DNA of 64,000 bases from Sphingorhabdus sp. (lineage in GTDB: Bacteria > Pseudomonadota > Alphaproteobacteria > Sphingomonadales > Sphingomonadaceae). The notes below the pieces were generated by a model. The model was not told where the DNA came from, searched no databases, and saw nothing but the letters and a program-made list of their open reading frames with translations. The stretch lies in the NCBI RefSeq assembly GCF_035329025.1, contig NZ_DAOLHN010000011.1, positions 353 through 64,352 of the forward strand. The letters are read 5' to 3'. Numbering within the stretch: position 1 is the stretch's first letter; the number at the start of each line of letters is the position of its first letter. The position numbers and the translations under genes were made by a program. Positions 8,766 through 17,663 of this stretch are shown here, piece by piece.

Positions 8766-9881
8766 TCAGGCCGCGTTGCGGCGTTCAAGCATGCTGACCA
8801 AACGGTGTTTCCAGTTGCGCGCCGAACCAGCAACCAGCGCCAGCTGGCGGCTGCGGCGATAATGCAGGTGGGCATCGATTTCCCAGGTGAAGCCCATGCC
8901 GCCATGCACCTGGACATTTTCCTTGGCCGCAAACCAATAGGCATCGCACGCCGAAATGCGAGCGCCAGCCGCGGCAATCGGCAATTCCGGGGCATCGCTG
9001 TTGAGTGCCCAGGCGCCATAATAAGCATTGCCGCGTGCGAGCACGTTCTTGGCGTACATATCGGCGAGGCGATGCTTGATCGCCTGATAGCCGCCGATTG
9101 CGCGGCCAAAGGCAAAGCGTTCGAGCGCGTAATTCTTGGCCATTTCAAGGCACATGTCGGAGCCGCCGACCTGTTCGAACGCAATCAACACCGCGGCGCG
9201 GTCGTTAATGGCTTCAAACAGCGCGAGGCCATCGCCCACTTCGCCCAGCCGCTCAACCGGCGCATCCTTGAATTCGACTCGCGCCGCTTCGCGCGATCGG
9301 TCGATGGTGTTGACCGCTTCACGGGTGACGCCGGGACCATTGAGGTCGACCAGATACAGCGTCGGCTTGCCGCCTTCTTTCGCAAGAACCACCGCATGGT
9401 GCGCAACCGCTCCGTCGGTGACAGGCAGTTTAACACCGGTCAGCTTGCCGCCCGATACTTCAGCGCTAATATTGGCGGCGGAAACTGCACCTGCCTGCTC
9501 TGCACTGGCGATGGTGCCAATCAGTTCGCCGGTGACGACCTGCGGCAGATATTTAGCCTTCTGTTCGGCACTGCCCGCACGCAGCAACGCTTCAGCGAAG
9601 AAGTAAACCGTCGAGGCGAAAGGCACCGGCGCAACCGCACGGCCCAACTCCTCGGCAATGCAGCACAGCTCAAGATAACCAAGGCCAAGCCCGCCATGCT
9701 CTTCCGGAATTGCGGCGCCCAGCCAGCCCTGCTCGGCGACCTGCGCCCAAAGCTCCGGATCAAAACCCGGGCTATCCTCATCCATCAATTTGCGGACGCG
9801 GTCGGGCGGGCATTTCGCGGCGAGAAATTTGCGTGCCTCATCCTTCAGCGCGAGTTGCTCTTCGGAAAAATCGAAATTCAT
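8766..9881 (-). CDS. Acyl-CoA dehydrogenase family protein (probable partner subunit)
   Basis: R.AFGRAIGGYQAIKH, QVHGGMGFTWE; tandem with the preceding ACAD as in heteromeric ACAD pairs. Confidence 0.9.
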   Translation of the reverse strand: MNFDFSEEQLALKDEARKFLAAKCPPDRVRKLMDEDSPGFDPELWAQVAEQGWLGAAIPEEHGGLGLGYLELCCIAEELGRAVAPVPFASTVYFFAEALLRAGSAEQKAKYLPQVVTGELIGTIASAEQAGAVSAANISAEVSGGKLTGVKLPVTDGAVAHHAVVLAKEGGKPTLYLVDLNGPGVTREAVNTIDRSREAARVEFKDAPVERLGEVGDGLALFEAINDRAAVLIAFEQVGGSDMCLEMAKNYALERFAFGRAIGGYQAIKHRLADMYAKNVLARGNAYYGAWALNSDAPELPIAAAGARISACDAYWFAAKENVQVHGGMGFTWEIDAHLHYRRSRQLALVAGSARNWKHRLVSMLERRNAA

Positions 9882-9957
9882 CTTGGGACCTCTCCTGTCA
9901 TGCCTTCGGGCAGTTATTGATTCTTCAATACGCCATTCAGCCTGTCGGGCAATAAGA

Positions 9958-9975
9958 TTTAATCGCGCGATTAAA
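9958..9975. promoter_or_regulatory. 18-bp palindromic operator candidate TTTAATCG-NN-CGATTAAA, copy 1
   Basis: Perfect palindrome tttaatcgcgcgattaaa in a divergent intergenic region; second copy at 45025-45042. Confidence 0.6.
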
Positions 9976-10087
9976 AAAATCCTGCAGCACAGGAAAAGCC
10001 CCGTATCCGAGCGACTGGATTTTTCTCTGTCCTACATTGTACCTATTTGGTTATTTGATTCGCCTGTCACAAGAATGGATCGAAACA

Positions 10088-10630
10088 ATGACCAATATTG
10101 ACGAGTTGATCGACGACGTAATCGAACGCGAGGGCGGATATGTGAACCATCCAGCCGATCGCGGCGGGCCGACAAATTGGGGGATAACAGAGGCCGTTGC
10201 CCGGCGACAGGGATATGTCGGCGACATGCGCGCCTTGCCGCGTAGCGATGCGGCGGCAATCTACAAACGGCTATATTGGTTCAAGCCGCGCTTTGACGAA
10301 GTGGCCATCCAAGCCCCTGCCCTGGCGGCTGAACTGTTCGATACCGGCATCAACATGGGCACAGGCACAGCGACCGCCTTTTTGCAACGTGCGCTCAATG
10401 CGCTCAACCGTGAAGGCCGGGACTATGCCGACCTTGCCGTCGACCGACAGATCGGTCCCGCGACCATCACCGCTCTGCAAGCCTTCCTGCGCAAACGCGG
10501 CGGCAATGGGGAGTCAGTGCTGCTTAAGGCCGTCGAGGCACTGCAGGGCGCGCATTATATCAACATCGCAGAAGCGCGACCAAGCCAAGAAGCCTTTGTC
10601 TATGGCTGGTTGGCCAACCGGATTGGCTGA
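10088..10630 (+). CDS. Glycoside hydrolase family 108 endolysin with peptidoglycan-binding domain
   Basis: EREGGYVNHPADRGGPTNWGIT catalytic motif; DGxxG-like D..IGP.T; C-terminal FVYGW. Confidence 0.9.
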   Translation: MTNIDELIDDVIEREGGYVNHPADRGGPTNWGITEAVARRQGYVGDMRALPRSDAAAIYKRLYWFKPRFDEVAIQAPALAAELFDTGINMGTGTATAFLQRALNALNREGRDYADLAVDRQIGPATITALQAFLRKRGGNGESVLLKAVEALQGAHYINIAEARPSQEAFVYGWLANRIG

Positions 10631-10678
10631 ATGCCCCCGTTTCAAGTGTGACTTAAGTGAGACCTTTGGAGGAAAAAT

Positions 10679-11092
10679 ATGGCCATAATCGAAACCCTGA
10701 TCGGCCCCATCGCTGCGCTGATCGACAAACTGATCCCAGACCCGAAGGCGCGCGATGCGGCGAAGATCGAGTTGATCAAATTACAGGGCAGCCAGGAACT
10801 GGAAACGCTGCGCACCCAGCTTTCGGCCATCCTCGCCGAGGCACAATCGCCTGACCCATGGACCAGCCGGGCAAGGCCCAGCTTCCTATATGTGATGTAC
10901 GCCATCATCCTCTGGTCGCTGCCCATGGGCCTGATCGCCGCCTTCCGCCCGCAAGCCGCGCTCGACATTGCGGCGGGGATGAACGCCTATTTGAATGGCC
11001 TGCCCGAACCGCTCTACGCGCTCTTCGGCACCGGCTATCTGGGCTACACAGCGGCCCGGCAATGGGGGAAGGTCAAGGGGGTGGAGAGGTGA
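10679..11092 (+). CDS. 3TM holin family protein (GTA-holin-like)
   Basis: LIDKLIPDP, EAQS..W.SRARP, GYLGY..AR..GK; directly downstream of GH108. Confidence 0.8.
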   Translation: MAIIETLIGPIAALIDKLIPDPKARDAAKIELIKLQGSQELETLRTQLSAILAEAQSPDPWTSRARPSFLYVMYAIILWSLPMGLIAAFRPQAALDIAAGMNAYLNGLPEPLYALFGTGYLGYTAARQWGKVKGVER

Positions 11093-11102
11093 GCATACAT
11101 CT

Positions 11103-11199
11103 CCCCTCCCGCTTGCGGGAGGGGCCGGGGGAGGGCCTGAAACCGCACCAAGCTCGCTTCGCTCGCACCCTCCCCTTCCCCTCCCGCAAGCGGGAGGGG
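11103..11199 (+). repeat. REP/MITE-like element, family A, copy 1
   Basis: Two 22-bp hairpins in inverted orientation: cccctcccgcttgcgggagggg and cccctcccgcaagcgggagggg. Confidence 0.9.
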
Positions 11200-11240
11200 G
11201 ATTGACCTGCGCAATTTGCGGGCTTAACCGCCCTCCCCGT

Positions 11241-11396
11241 AACAGGTGCCCAGGGAAACCGGGGTGAAAAGGGAAGCCGGTGACAATCCGGCGCTGTACC
11301 CGCAACTGTGACCGGCGAGTGTCTTCCTCGCATACCACTGGGAAACCGGGAAGGTAGGTAGACGCAACGACCCGGGAGCCAGGAGACCTGCCTGTT
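11241..11396 (+). ncRNA. Cobalamin (AdoCbl) riboswitch
   Basis: AGGTG...AAAAGGGAAGCCGGTG..AATCCGGCGCTGTACCCGCAACTGTGA...CCACTGGGAAACCGGGAAGG...GAGCCAGGAGACCTGCC; P1 aacagg/cctgtt; lies upstream of a TonB-dependent receptor. Confidence 0.95.
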
Positions 11397-11506
11397 GCAG
11401 CCAGTCCTTCGCCCGTGCGGGAAAACGCGGACGATCGAATGAAGCTTCTCAGGAGCTTTCCTTCGCGTGACGGCATTTGAATGCATCGTCACAGGAAGGA
11501 AATTTT

Positions 11507-13408
11507 ATGACCATATTGAAACTGACTGCAGCGGCACTGGCGATATTGCCGTTCAGCGCACAGGCCCAAACTAAGGCTTCAACCGCAGGCCCGTTTCAAG
11601 GCGACAGCGGCTGCTGCAGCTTCTTTTCAGAACGTTTGCCGTCTCGTGACACAATTGTTGTCACAGCGACCGGCACAGAATTGCTGGCCAGGAAGAGCGG
11701 CTATTCGGTTTCCAATATCGGCATAGACGAGATCGAGCTGAGCCAGCCCTCAACCTTGTCGGACCTGCTGGCCACCCTTCCCGGCGTGACGGTATCCAAC
11801 ACCGGCCCCATCGGCGGCTTTTCCGCAGTCCGTATCCGTGGTGCCGAAGGTGAACAGACGCTGACCTTGATCGATGGCGTTCGCGTCAACGACCCCTCCT
11901 CCCCCGGTGGCGGTTTCGATTTTGGCAATTTGCTGATTGGCAATCTGGACAGAGTCGAGGTGCTGCGCGGGCCAAACTCGGTTCCGTGGGGCAGTCAGGC
12001 GATTGGCGGTGTGGTGAATATCATCACTGCCCGCCCCGGATCCGCCAACAACCGCGCCGTACGCGCTGAATATGGCAGCAACAACCGCACCAATCTGGTC
12101 GGCCAATATGGGATATCGGGCGACCGAATTTCGGCCAGCCTTGGCGGTGGTTTTTTCCGCGACGACGGAATATCCGCAGCGGCCAACGGCAGCGAGGCCG
12201 ATGGCTATAAGCAATATGCGGCCAACGGGGCTTTTGAGGTCAAACTCAGCGACACGGTGAGCATCGATCTGCGGGGATTCTATTCGCACAGCCGTGCGGA
12301 ACTGGATGGCTTCCCCCCGCCCTTTTACAGCCTATCAGACACACCCGAATATTCGACCGGCCAGCAAGTGATCGGCTATGCCGGTATCCATGCTGACATG
12401 GGAAATCTGAAGAACCGGATTGCCCTTACTGTCAACGACATCAACCGGGATAATTATGCTGCTCCCGGCGCAGCAGCACCTGACTTTTTGTCGCGCGGCC
12501 GGACGGAGCGGTTCGAATATCAGGGCGATTGGCAACTCGCCCCGCCAGTACGCGCCGTGTTTGGTGTCGAACATGAGAGGTCGCGATTCACCGACGGATT
12601 TGCACCCGCCAAAACCCGGCATTCGGGTGCATATGCGCAAGCTATCATAGATCCGACCGAAACGATAACCATCACTATGGGCGCCCGCGTCGACGACCAC
12701 AAAAGCTTTGGCAGCAAAGCAACATTCAGTGCGAACGCCGCATGGCGACCCAAATCCCAAACGGTCATCCGCGCGGCCTATGGCGAGGGCTTCAAGGCAC
12801 CGACCTTATATCAGCTCTTCAGCTTTTACGGCGATCCCGGTCTGCAGCCGGAAGTCGCCAAAAGCTATGAACTGGGCTTTGAGCAAGGCCTGCTTGAGGG
12901 TCAATTGCGTTTTGGCGCGACCGCGTTCCAACGGCGCACGCAAAACATGATTGATTTCGATCTACTTACCTACCGTTACAACAATATCATCCGTTCGCGC
13001 GCCAAGGGGATCGAAACCTTTGTCGAACTGCGCCCCAGCGACCATCTAAGCGTTCGTGCGAATTACAGCTATGTAGACTCAGAAAAGCGCGAAGACGGTG
13101 CCGCGAATTTCGTCCGCCATCTGCGCCGACCGGTGCACAGCCTGAACGCCAGCATCGATTGGCAAGCAATGGCTAAGTTGAAACTGGGCGCCGACCTGCG
13201 TCTCGCCAGCGACAGCCTCGATGGCTTTGGCGGCTCGGTGCGGATGGACGGCTATGCTTTGGTGGGTATTCGCGCCGCCTATGATGTCAGCGACGCACTC
13301 GAACTTTATAGCCGCGTCGAAAATGCAGCCGATGCCGATTACCAAACTGTCGCGGGCTACAAAGCCTATGGCCGTAACGCCCATATCGGGCTGCGCGCTA
13401 AATTTTAG
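11507..13408 (+). CDS. btuB: TonB-dependent vitamin B12 receptor
   Basis: Signal peptide, TonB box DTIVVTA, plug IRG...LIDGVR, RVEVLRG, C-terminal F; controlled by the cobalamin riboswitch. Confidence 0.85.
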   Translation: MTILKLTAAALAILPFSAQAQTKASTAGPFQGDSGCCSFFSERLPSRDTIVVTATGTELLARKSGYSVSNIGIDEIELSQPSTLSDLLATLPGVTVSNTGPIGGFSAVRIRGAEGEQTLTLIDGVRVNDPSSPGGGFDFGNLLIGNLDRVEVLRGPNSVPWGSQAIGGVVNIITARPGSANNRAVRAEYGSNNRTNLVGQYGISGDRISASLGGGFFRDDGISAAANGSEADGYKQYAANGAFEVKLSDTVSIDLRGFYSHSRAELDGFPPPFYSLSDTPEYSTGQQVIGYAGIHADMGNLKNRIALTVNDINRDNYAAPGAAAPDFLSRGRTERFEYQGDWQLAPPVRAVFGVEHERSRFTDGFAPAKTRHSGAYAQAIIDPTETITITMGARVDDHKSFGSKATFSANAAWRPKSQTVIRAAYGEGFKAPTLYQLFSFYGDPGLQPEVAKSYELGFEQGLLEGQLRFGATAFQRRTQNMIDFDLLTYRYNNIIRSRAKGIETFVELRPSDHLSVRANYSYVDSEKREDGAANFVRHLRRPVHSLNASIDWQAMAKLKLGADLRLASDSLDGFGGSVRMDGYALVGIRAAYDVSDALELYSRVENAADADYQTVAGYKAYGRNAHIGLRAKF

Positions 13409-13461
13409 GGAGTTGACGGTGGGCCGATGGCCGCTACCGTTGGAATGACAAGGAAGGGAAT

Positions 13462-14001
13462 ATGACTATGGCGAATGCAATGTTGAACCCAAAGACCGCT
13501 GCTTGGCCAGCGACGCTGGCAGGTGCAACCGTCCTCGGCAGCCTTGCGCTCGCCTGCATATTCCCTTTCGCTGCAATTGCGGCGCTTGCTGCGCTCACGC
13601 TTGATCGTCGCGCAGGCATCGCGCTGGTCGGTGCCGTCTGGGCGGCCAATCAGGCGGTTGGTTTTCTGCTGATGAACTTCCCGTGGGATGCGCAGGCCGT
13701 AGGACATGGTATCGCCATCCTCGCTGCGACACTAGCCGGATTTGGCGTGGCACGCATGGTCGCAAGCAAAGTCGAAGGAAGCGTGCTGCGCAGCGTTGCC
13801 GCACTCACCTCGGCCTTTGCCGTCTACGAAGTGCTGCTGCGCGCTTATGCCCAATTTGGCGGCGGGGCAGAGAATTTCTCCGCAGAAATCGTCACCGGTG
13901 TCGCAGTGAACGATGCAATGTGGTTTGTCGGTTTGCTTGCGCTGCGTTGGGCAATTGGCCAAGCCACGGGCGGAAAGGCAGTCGTCAGCCCCGCCCGCTG
14001 A
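13462..14001 (+). CDS. Hypothetical integral membrane protein (about 5 TM)
   Basis: 179 aa, almost entirely hydrophobic helices, AGGAAGGG RBS, co-oriented after btuB. Confidence 0.75.
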   Translation: MTMANAMLNPKTAAWPATLAGATVLGSLALACIFPFAAIAALAALTLDRRAGIALVGAVWAANQAVGFLLMNFPWDAQAVGHGIAILAATLAGFGVARMVASKVEGSVLRSVAALTSAFAVYEVLLRAYAQFGGGAENFSAEIVTGVAVNDAMWFVGLLALRWAIGQATGGKAVVSPAR

Positions 14002-14503
14002 ATGTCCAACTCTGGATAGGCTCCCATGGGCCGCCGCGATAATAATGCGCGGCGAGCCCTGAGATTTCCAACGGTCGCGGTTCGAAGCCAGCTGAAAGCT
14101 CAGCGAACAACGCCTTGGCGACCGCCGGTTCGACCTTGTTCTGCACCGTGATATGCAAACGCGGCTTGGCCTGATCCTGCAGCGTCAGCAGGCCGTGCAA
14201 GTCAGCCGCCAACTCCTCGCGCATGGCTAGCAGTTCAGGGCATTCAACCCGATAGGCAACCCCCCGTCCTAAAAACATCACGTCGCGCAAATAGGCTTCA
14301 GGCTGCGGAAATTCATGGGCCAACCCTGCCAGCCGCGCCTTGATCTCCGGCCAATGCGACGGTGGCAGGTGGTGGAATAGCGTGATGTGCGCCTGCAAAT
14401 AATTGCGCTCCGGCGGAAAATGCTTTGTCCTAAGCGCATTCGCCCAGGCCTGATCGGCCTTTCCCATGGTTGCGGTGACGATGATGGGCGCGGTTTCCGG
14501 CAT
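13985..14503 (-). CDS. 2'-5' RNA ligase / 2H phosphoesterase family protein
   Basis: Two HxT motifs (HITL, HITV). Confidence 0.85.
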   Translation of the reverse strand: MPETAPIIVTATMGKADQAWANALRTKHFPPERNYLQAHITLFHHLPPSHWPEIKARLAGLAHEFPQPEAYLRDVMFLGRGVAYRVECPELLAMREELAADLHGLLTLQDQAKPRLHITVQNKVEPAVAKALFAELSAGFEPRPLEISGLAAHYYRGGPWEPIQSWTFSGRG

Positions 14504-14734
14504 GGATCGGGACTATGCGCAGTGGAAGCGCACCGCAAGATAGGGAGATTGCCGGAACCGGGCGAGGGTTTGGAGGGGGTACCGGCACCGGCCCCGGCGA
14601 TGAGGGCGCACTAGCCGTGCCTCTCGCTGGAGTGAAACCGAGTATCTCGCATTCACTAATCGACTTGAGCGATATCAATGAGGGTTGCAGTGCATCGCCT
14701 TACTGACTTAGGTGTCAGTCGAGGGAGAGAAAAT

Positions 14735-16681
14735 ATGCGTTTAATTCCGCTTTTGCTGCTGGGTGTGTCGACACCCGCGATTGCCGCCGATCCTGCATTG
14801 GAACCTAAGCCTGCGAGTGAGGCTACGATTGCCGCGCAAAAGGCAGAGGAAGCGAACCTGCCGGTAGAGGACGGACGCGATCTGCAATTTGCGCAGCAGG
14901 GGTTCGTGGCTACCCGCACCGACCCGATCATCCGCGCCAAGGATGGCCGCCCGGTCTGGAACCTTGACGCCTATAAGTGGATGGAGGGCGAAGCCCCCGC
15001 CACCGTCAACCCCAGCCTTTGGCGGCACATGACCGTTCTGCGCCATCACGGACTGTTCAAAGTCACCGACAATATCTGGCAGGTGCGCGGGTTCGATGTG
15101 TCGAACATGACCGTCATCAAGGGCCAGACCGGCTGGATCCTGATTGACCCGCTGACCACACGCGAAACCGCTGCGGCTGCGCTCGAACTGGTGAACAAGG
15201 AACTCGGCCCGCGCCCGGTTACCGGCGTGATCTACAGCCACAGCCATGGCGACCATTTCGGTGGCGCGCGCGGCGTGACCAGTGAGGCCGATATCAAGGC
15301 TGGTAAGGTCGCCATCATCGCGCCTGAACATTTCATTGAAGAAACCGCGTCCGAAAATGTGATGGCCGGCGGTGCAATGGGGCGGCGCGCCAATTACCAG
15401 TTTGGCACCGGTCTTACGCCCGGCGCTCAAGGCCAAATGGGAAGCGGCATCGGCAAGGGAGTAGCTGGTGGAGAGATCACCTTACTGACGCCGACAGACA
15501 CTATCCAGAAGACGGGAGACAAGCGTGTTGTCGACGGGGTTGAACTGGAATTCCAGATGGTCCCGGAATCCGAAGCACCTGCGGAAATGAATGTCTATGT
15601 GCCCGCCGCACGCACTTTCCTCGCCGCAGAAATCGCCACATGCACACTGCACAATGTACTAACACCGCGCGGGGCAAAAGTGCGCGATACACTGGCCTGG
15701 TCGCAATATCTGGGCGAAGCAGTAAATCTCTACGCGGGACGCAGTGATAATATCATGTCGAGCCATTGTTGGCCACGTTTCGGGCAGAAGGAAGTCGAAG
15801 GCTGGCTATCCGGGCATCGCGACAATTATCGCTACCTCCACGACCAGACGGTACGATTGATGAACCAGGGTTTGACCCAAACCGAAATCGCAGAGCGGTT
15901 GAAAGCCCCGCCTGCCCTCGCCAATCAATGGTTCAACCGTGGCTATTATGGCACCTACAGCCATAATTCGAAGGCCATCTACCAGCGCTATCTGGGTTGG
16001 TATGATGCGATTCCGGCCAACCTCAACCCGCACCCACCCGAGGAACGCGGTAAGCGTCTTGTGGCTGCTATGGGTGGCTCCAAGAAAGTGGTGGCAGAAG
16101 CCAAGCGCGCAATGAACGCCGGCGACTATCGCTGGTCCTCCGACCTGCTCCATCAACTCGTCTTCGCAGACCCCAAAAACGCGGAAGCGCGTGCCTTGCT
16201 GGCCGACAGCTATGAACAGCAGGGCTATCAGGCGGAATCGGCGATCTGGCGCAACCAGTACCTGACAGCAGCCAGTGATCTGCGGAAGGGCATGACGCCC
16301 AGTATTGCGACACAAAGCGTGGACATGATTTCCGCAATTGCGACGCCGTTACTGCTCGATTCCGTCGCGACACGGCTCAATCCGGACATCATCAAGGATC
16401 GGAAGCTGGCGATCAACTTTGTTATCCCCGACCGGCAGGAAAAGGCGAAGATCAGCGTCGGCAATTCGGTGATGTTTAGCGAGATGGGGGCGGCACATAC
16501 AGCGCCCGACGCAACGGTCACTGGCCCGCGTCAGCTGTATCTCGCCATGCTGTTCCTGAAAATGCCGTTGGCCCAGTTAGAAGCGGCGGGATTAAAGATT
16601 GAAGGCGATAAAGCCGCTGTCGAAGCCCTACAGGCAGCGCTCGATCCGATGCCCACTGCCTTCAACATAGCCGAGCCGTAA
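14735..16681 (+). CDS. Alkyl/aryl sulfatase (SdsA-like MBL fold, dimerization and SCP2-like domains)
   Basis: Signal peptide, IYSHSHGDH, PESEAPAEM, HCWP, YYGTYSHN. Confidence 0.9.
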   Translation: MRLIPLLLLGVSTPAIAADPALEPKPASEATIAAQKAEEANLPVEDGRDLQFAQQGFVATRTDPIIRAKDGRPVWNLDAYKWMEGEAPATVNPSLWRHMTVLRHHGLFKVTDNIWQVRGFDVSNMTVIKGQTGWILIDPLTTRETAAAALELVNKELGPRPVTGVIYSHSHGDHFGGARGVTSEADIKAGKVAIIAPEHFIEETASENVMAGGAMGRRANYQFGTGLTPGAQGQMGSGIGKGVAGGEITLLTPTDTIQKTGDKRVVDGVELEFQMVPESEAPAEMNVYVPAARTFLAAEIATCTLHNVLTPRGAKVRDTLAWSQYLGEAVNLYAGRSDNIMSSHCWPRFGQKEVEGWLSGHRDNYRYLHDQTVRLMNQGLTQTEIAERLKAPPALANQWFNRGYYGTYSHNSKAIYQRYLGWYDAIPANLNPHPPEERGKRLVAAMGGSKKVVAEAKRAMNAGDYRWSSDLLHQLVFADPKNAEARALLADSYEQQGYQAESAIWRNQYLTAASDLRKGMTPSIATQSVDMISAIATPLLLDSVATRLNPDIIKDRKLAINFVIPDRQEKAKISVGNSVMFSEMGAAHTAPDATVTGPRQLYLAMLFLKMPLAQLEAAGLKIEGDKAAVEALQAALDPMPTAFNIAEP

Positions 16682-16687
16682 GCGGGG

Positions 16688-17659
16688 TTACATTTCCCCC
16701 CGCTCGCGGCGGATTGCGTACCATTTTTCGACATTGGCATTATGCTCTTCGAGCGTTTTGGCAAAGATATGGCCGCCCGTGCCATCGGCGACGAAGAACA
16801 GATAGTCGGTCTTTTCCGGATTGAGCACCGCCTCGATCGCCGCTCGCGACGGATTGGCTATCGGGCCTTTGGGAAGGCCGACCATCGAATAGGTGTTGTA
16901 ATCATTGACCGATGCGATTTCGGACTGGCGGATGCGCCGGCCCAGCGGCTTGCCCTTGGTGATCGGATAAATGATCGTAGGGTCAGCCTGCAGCATCATG
17001 CCGACTTTCAGCCGGTTCGAGTAAACACCAGCCACGATCCTGAGTTCGGATTTCTTGGATGTTTCCTTCTCGACGATCGACGCCAGCGTGACAGCCTCCT
17101 GCGGCGTTTTCACGACCGCATCGGAGCTTCGCTTGGGCCAAAGTTCGTCGATGGTCTTTTTCATGGCTGCCTGCATGCGCGCGACAACGGCAGCGCGTGC
17201 TTCTCCTTTTTCAAAGGCATAGCTGTCCGGCAGGACCGAACCTTCGGGCGGAACCGGGATCTGGCCGGTTAACCGGTCATTAGCCATCAGCCTTTCATAG
17301 ACCATGATCGACGGCATGCCCTCAGGCACGGTGACCATGCGTTGCACGGTTTTTCCGCCGGTCAGGATCGACAGGATTTCGGAGTTGGAGGCCCGGGCGG
17401 GGATCAGGAACTCCCCGGTTTTGATGGTGCTGGAGGCTCCAAAAATCCGGGCCCGGTTAACAAAGGCATCGGCAGACTTGATCGCGCCCATATCCTCCAA
17501 CTGCTCTGCAGCCGAGCGGATGCTGGCACCCGACTTGATGACAATCGCGGTCTCCTTCGCCAGCGGCCCGGCCGCATTCCATCCGTAGATGAAATTTCCT
17601 GCGATGATCAGGAACAGCAGGCCGCCCGCAACGAGCAGCCCTTTGAACAGCCGGTTCAT
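16688..17659 (-). CDS. mltG: Endolytic transglycosylase MltG
   Basis: LASIVEKET, LQADPT..Y, YNTY...GLP.GPIANP, YLFFVA; conserved position after fabF. Confidence 0.95.
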   Translation of the reverse strand: MNRLFKGLLVAGGLLFLIIAGNFIYGWNAAGPLAKETAIVIKSGASIRSAAEQLEDMGAIKSADAFVNRARIFGASSTIKTGEFLIPARASNSEILSILTGGKTVQRMVTVPEGMPSIMVYERLMANDRLTGQIPVPPEGSVLPDSYAFEKGEARAAVVARMQAAMKKTIDELWPKRSSDAVVKTPQEAVTLASIVEKETSKKSELRIVAGVYSNRLKVGMMLQADPTIIYPITKGKPLGRRIRQSEIASVNDYNTYSMVGLPKGPIANPSRAAIEAVLNPEKTDYLFFVADGTGGHIFAKTLEEHNANVEKWYAIRRERGEM

Positions 17660-17663
17660 TCGA

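Noticed and set aside
7755-9920. 721-aa + strand ORF
   Set aside because: Antisense shadow of the two ACAD genes; no motifs; expected in GC-rich DNA.
9959-9974. CtrA site in the palindrome upstream of the lysis genes
   Set aside because: Spacing is TTAA-N8-TTAA, not the TTAA-N7-TTAA CtrA consensus.
10088-11092. Prophage
   Set aside because: No capsid, terminase, tail, repressor or att features around the lysis pair.
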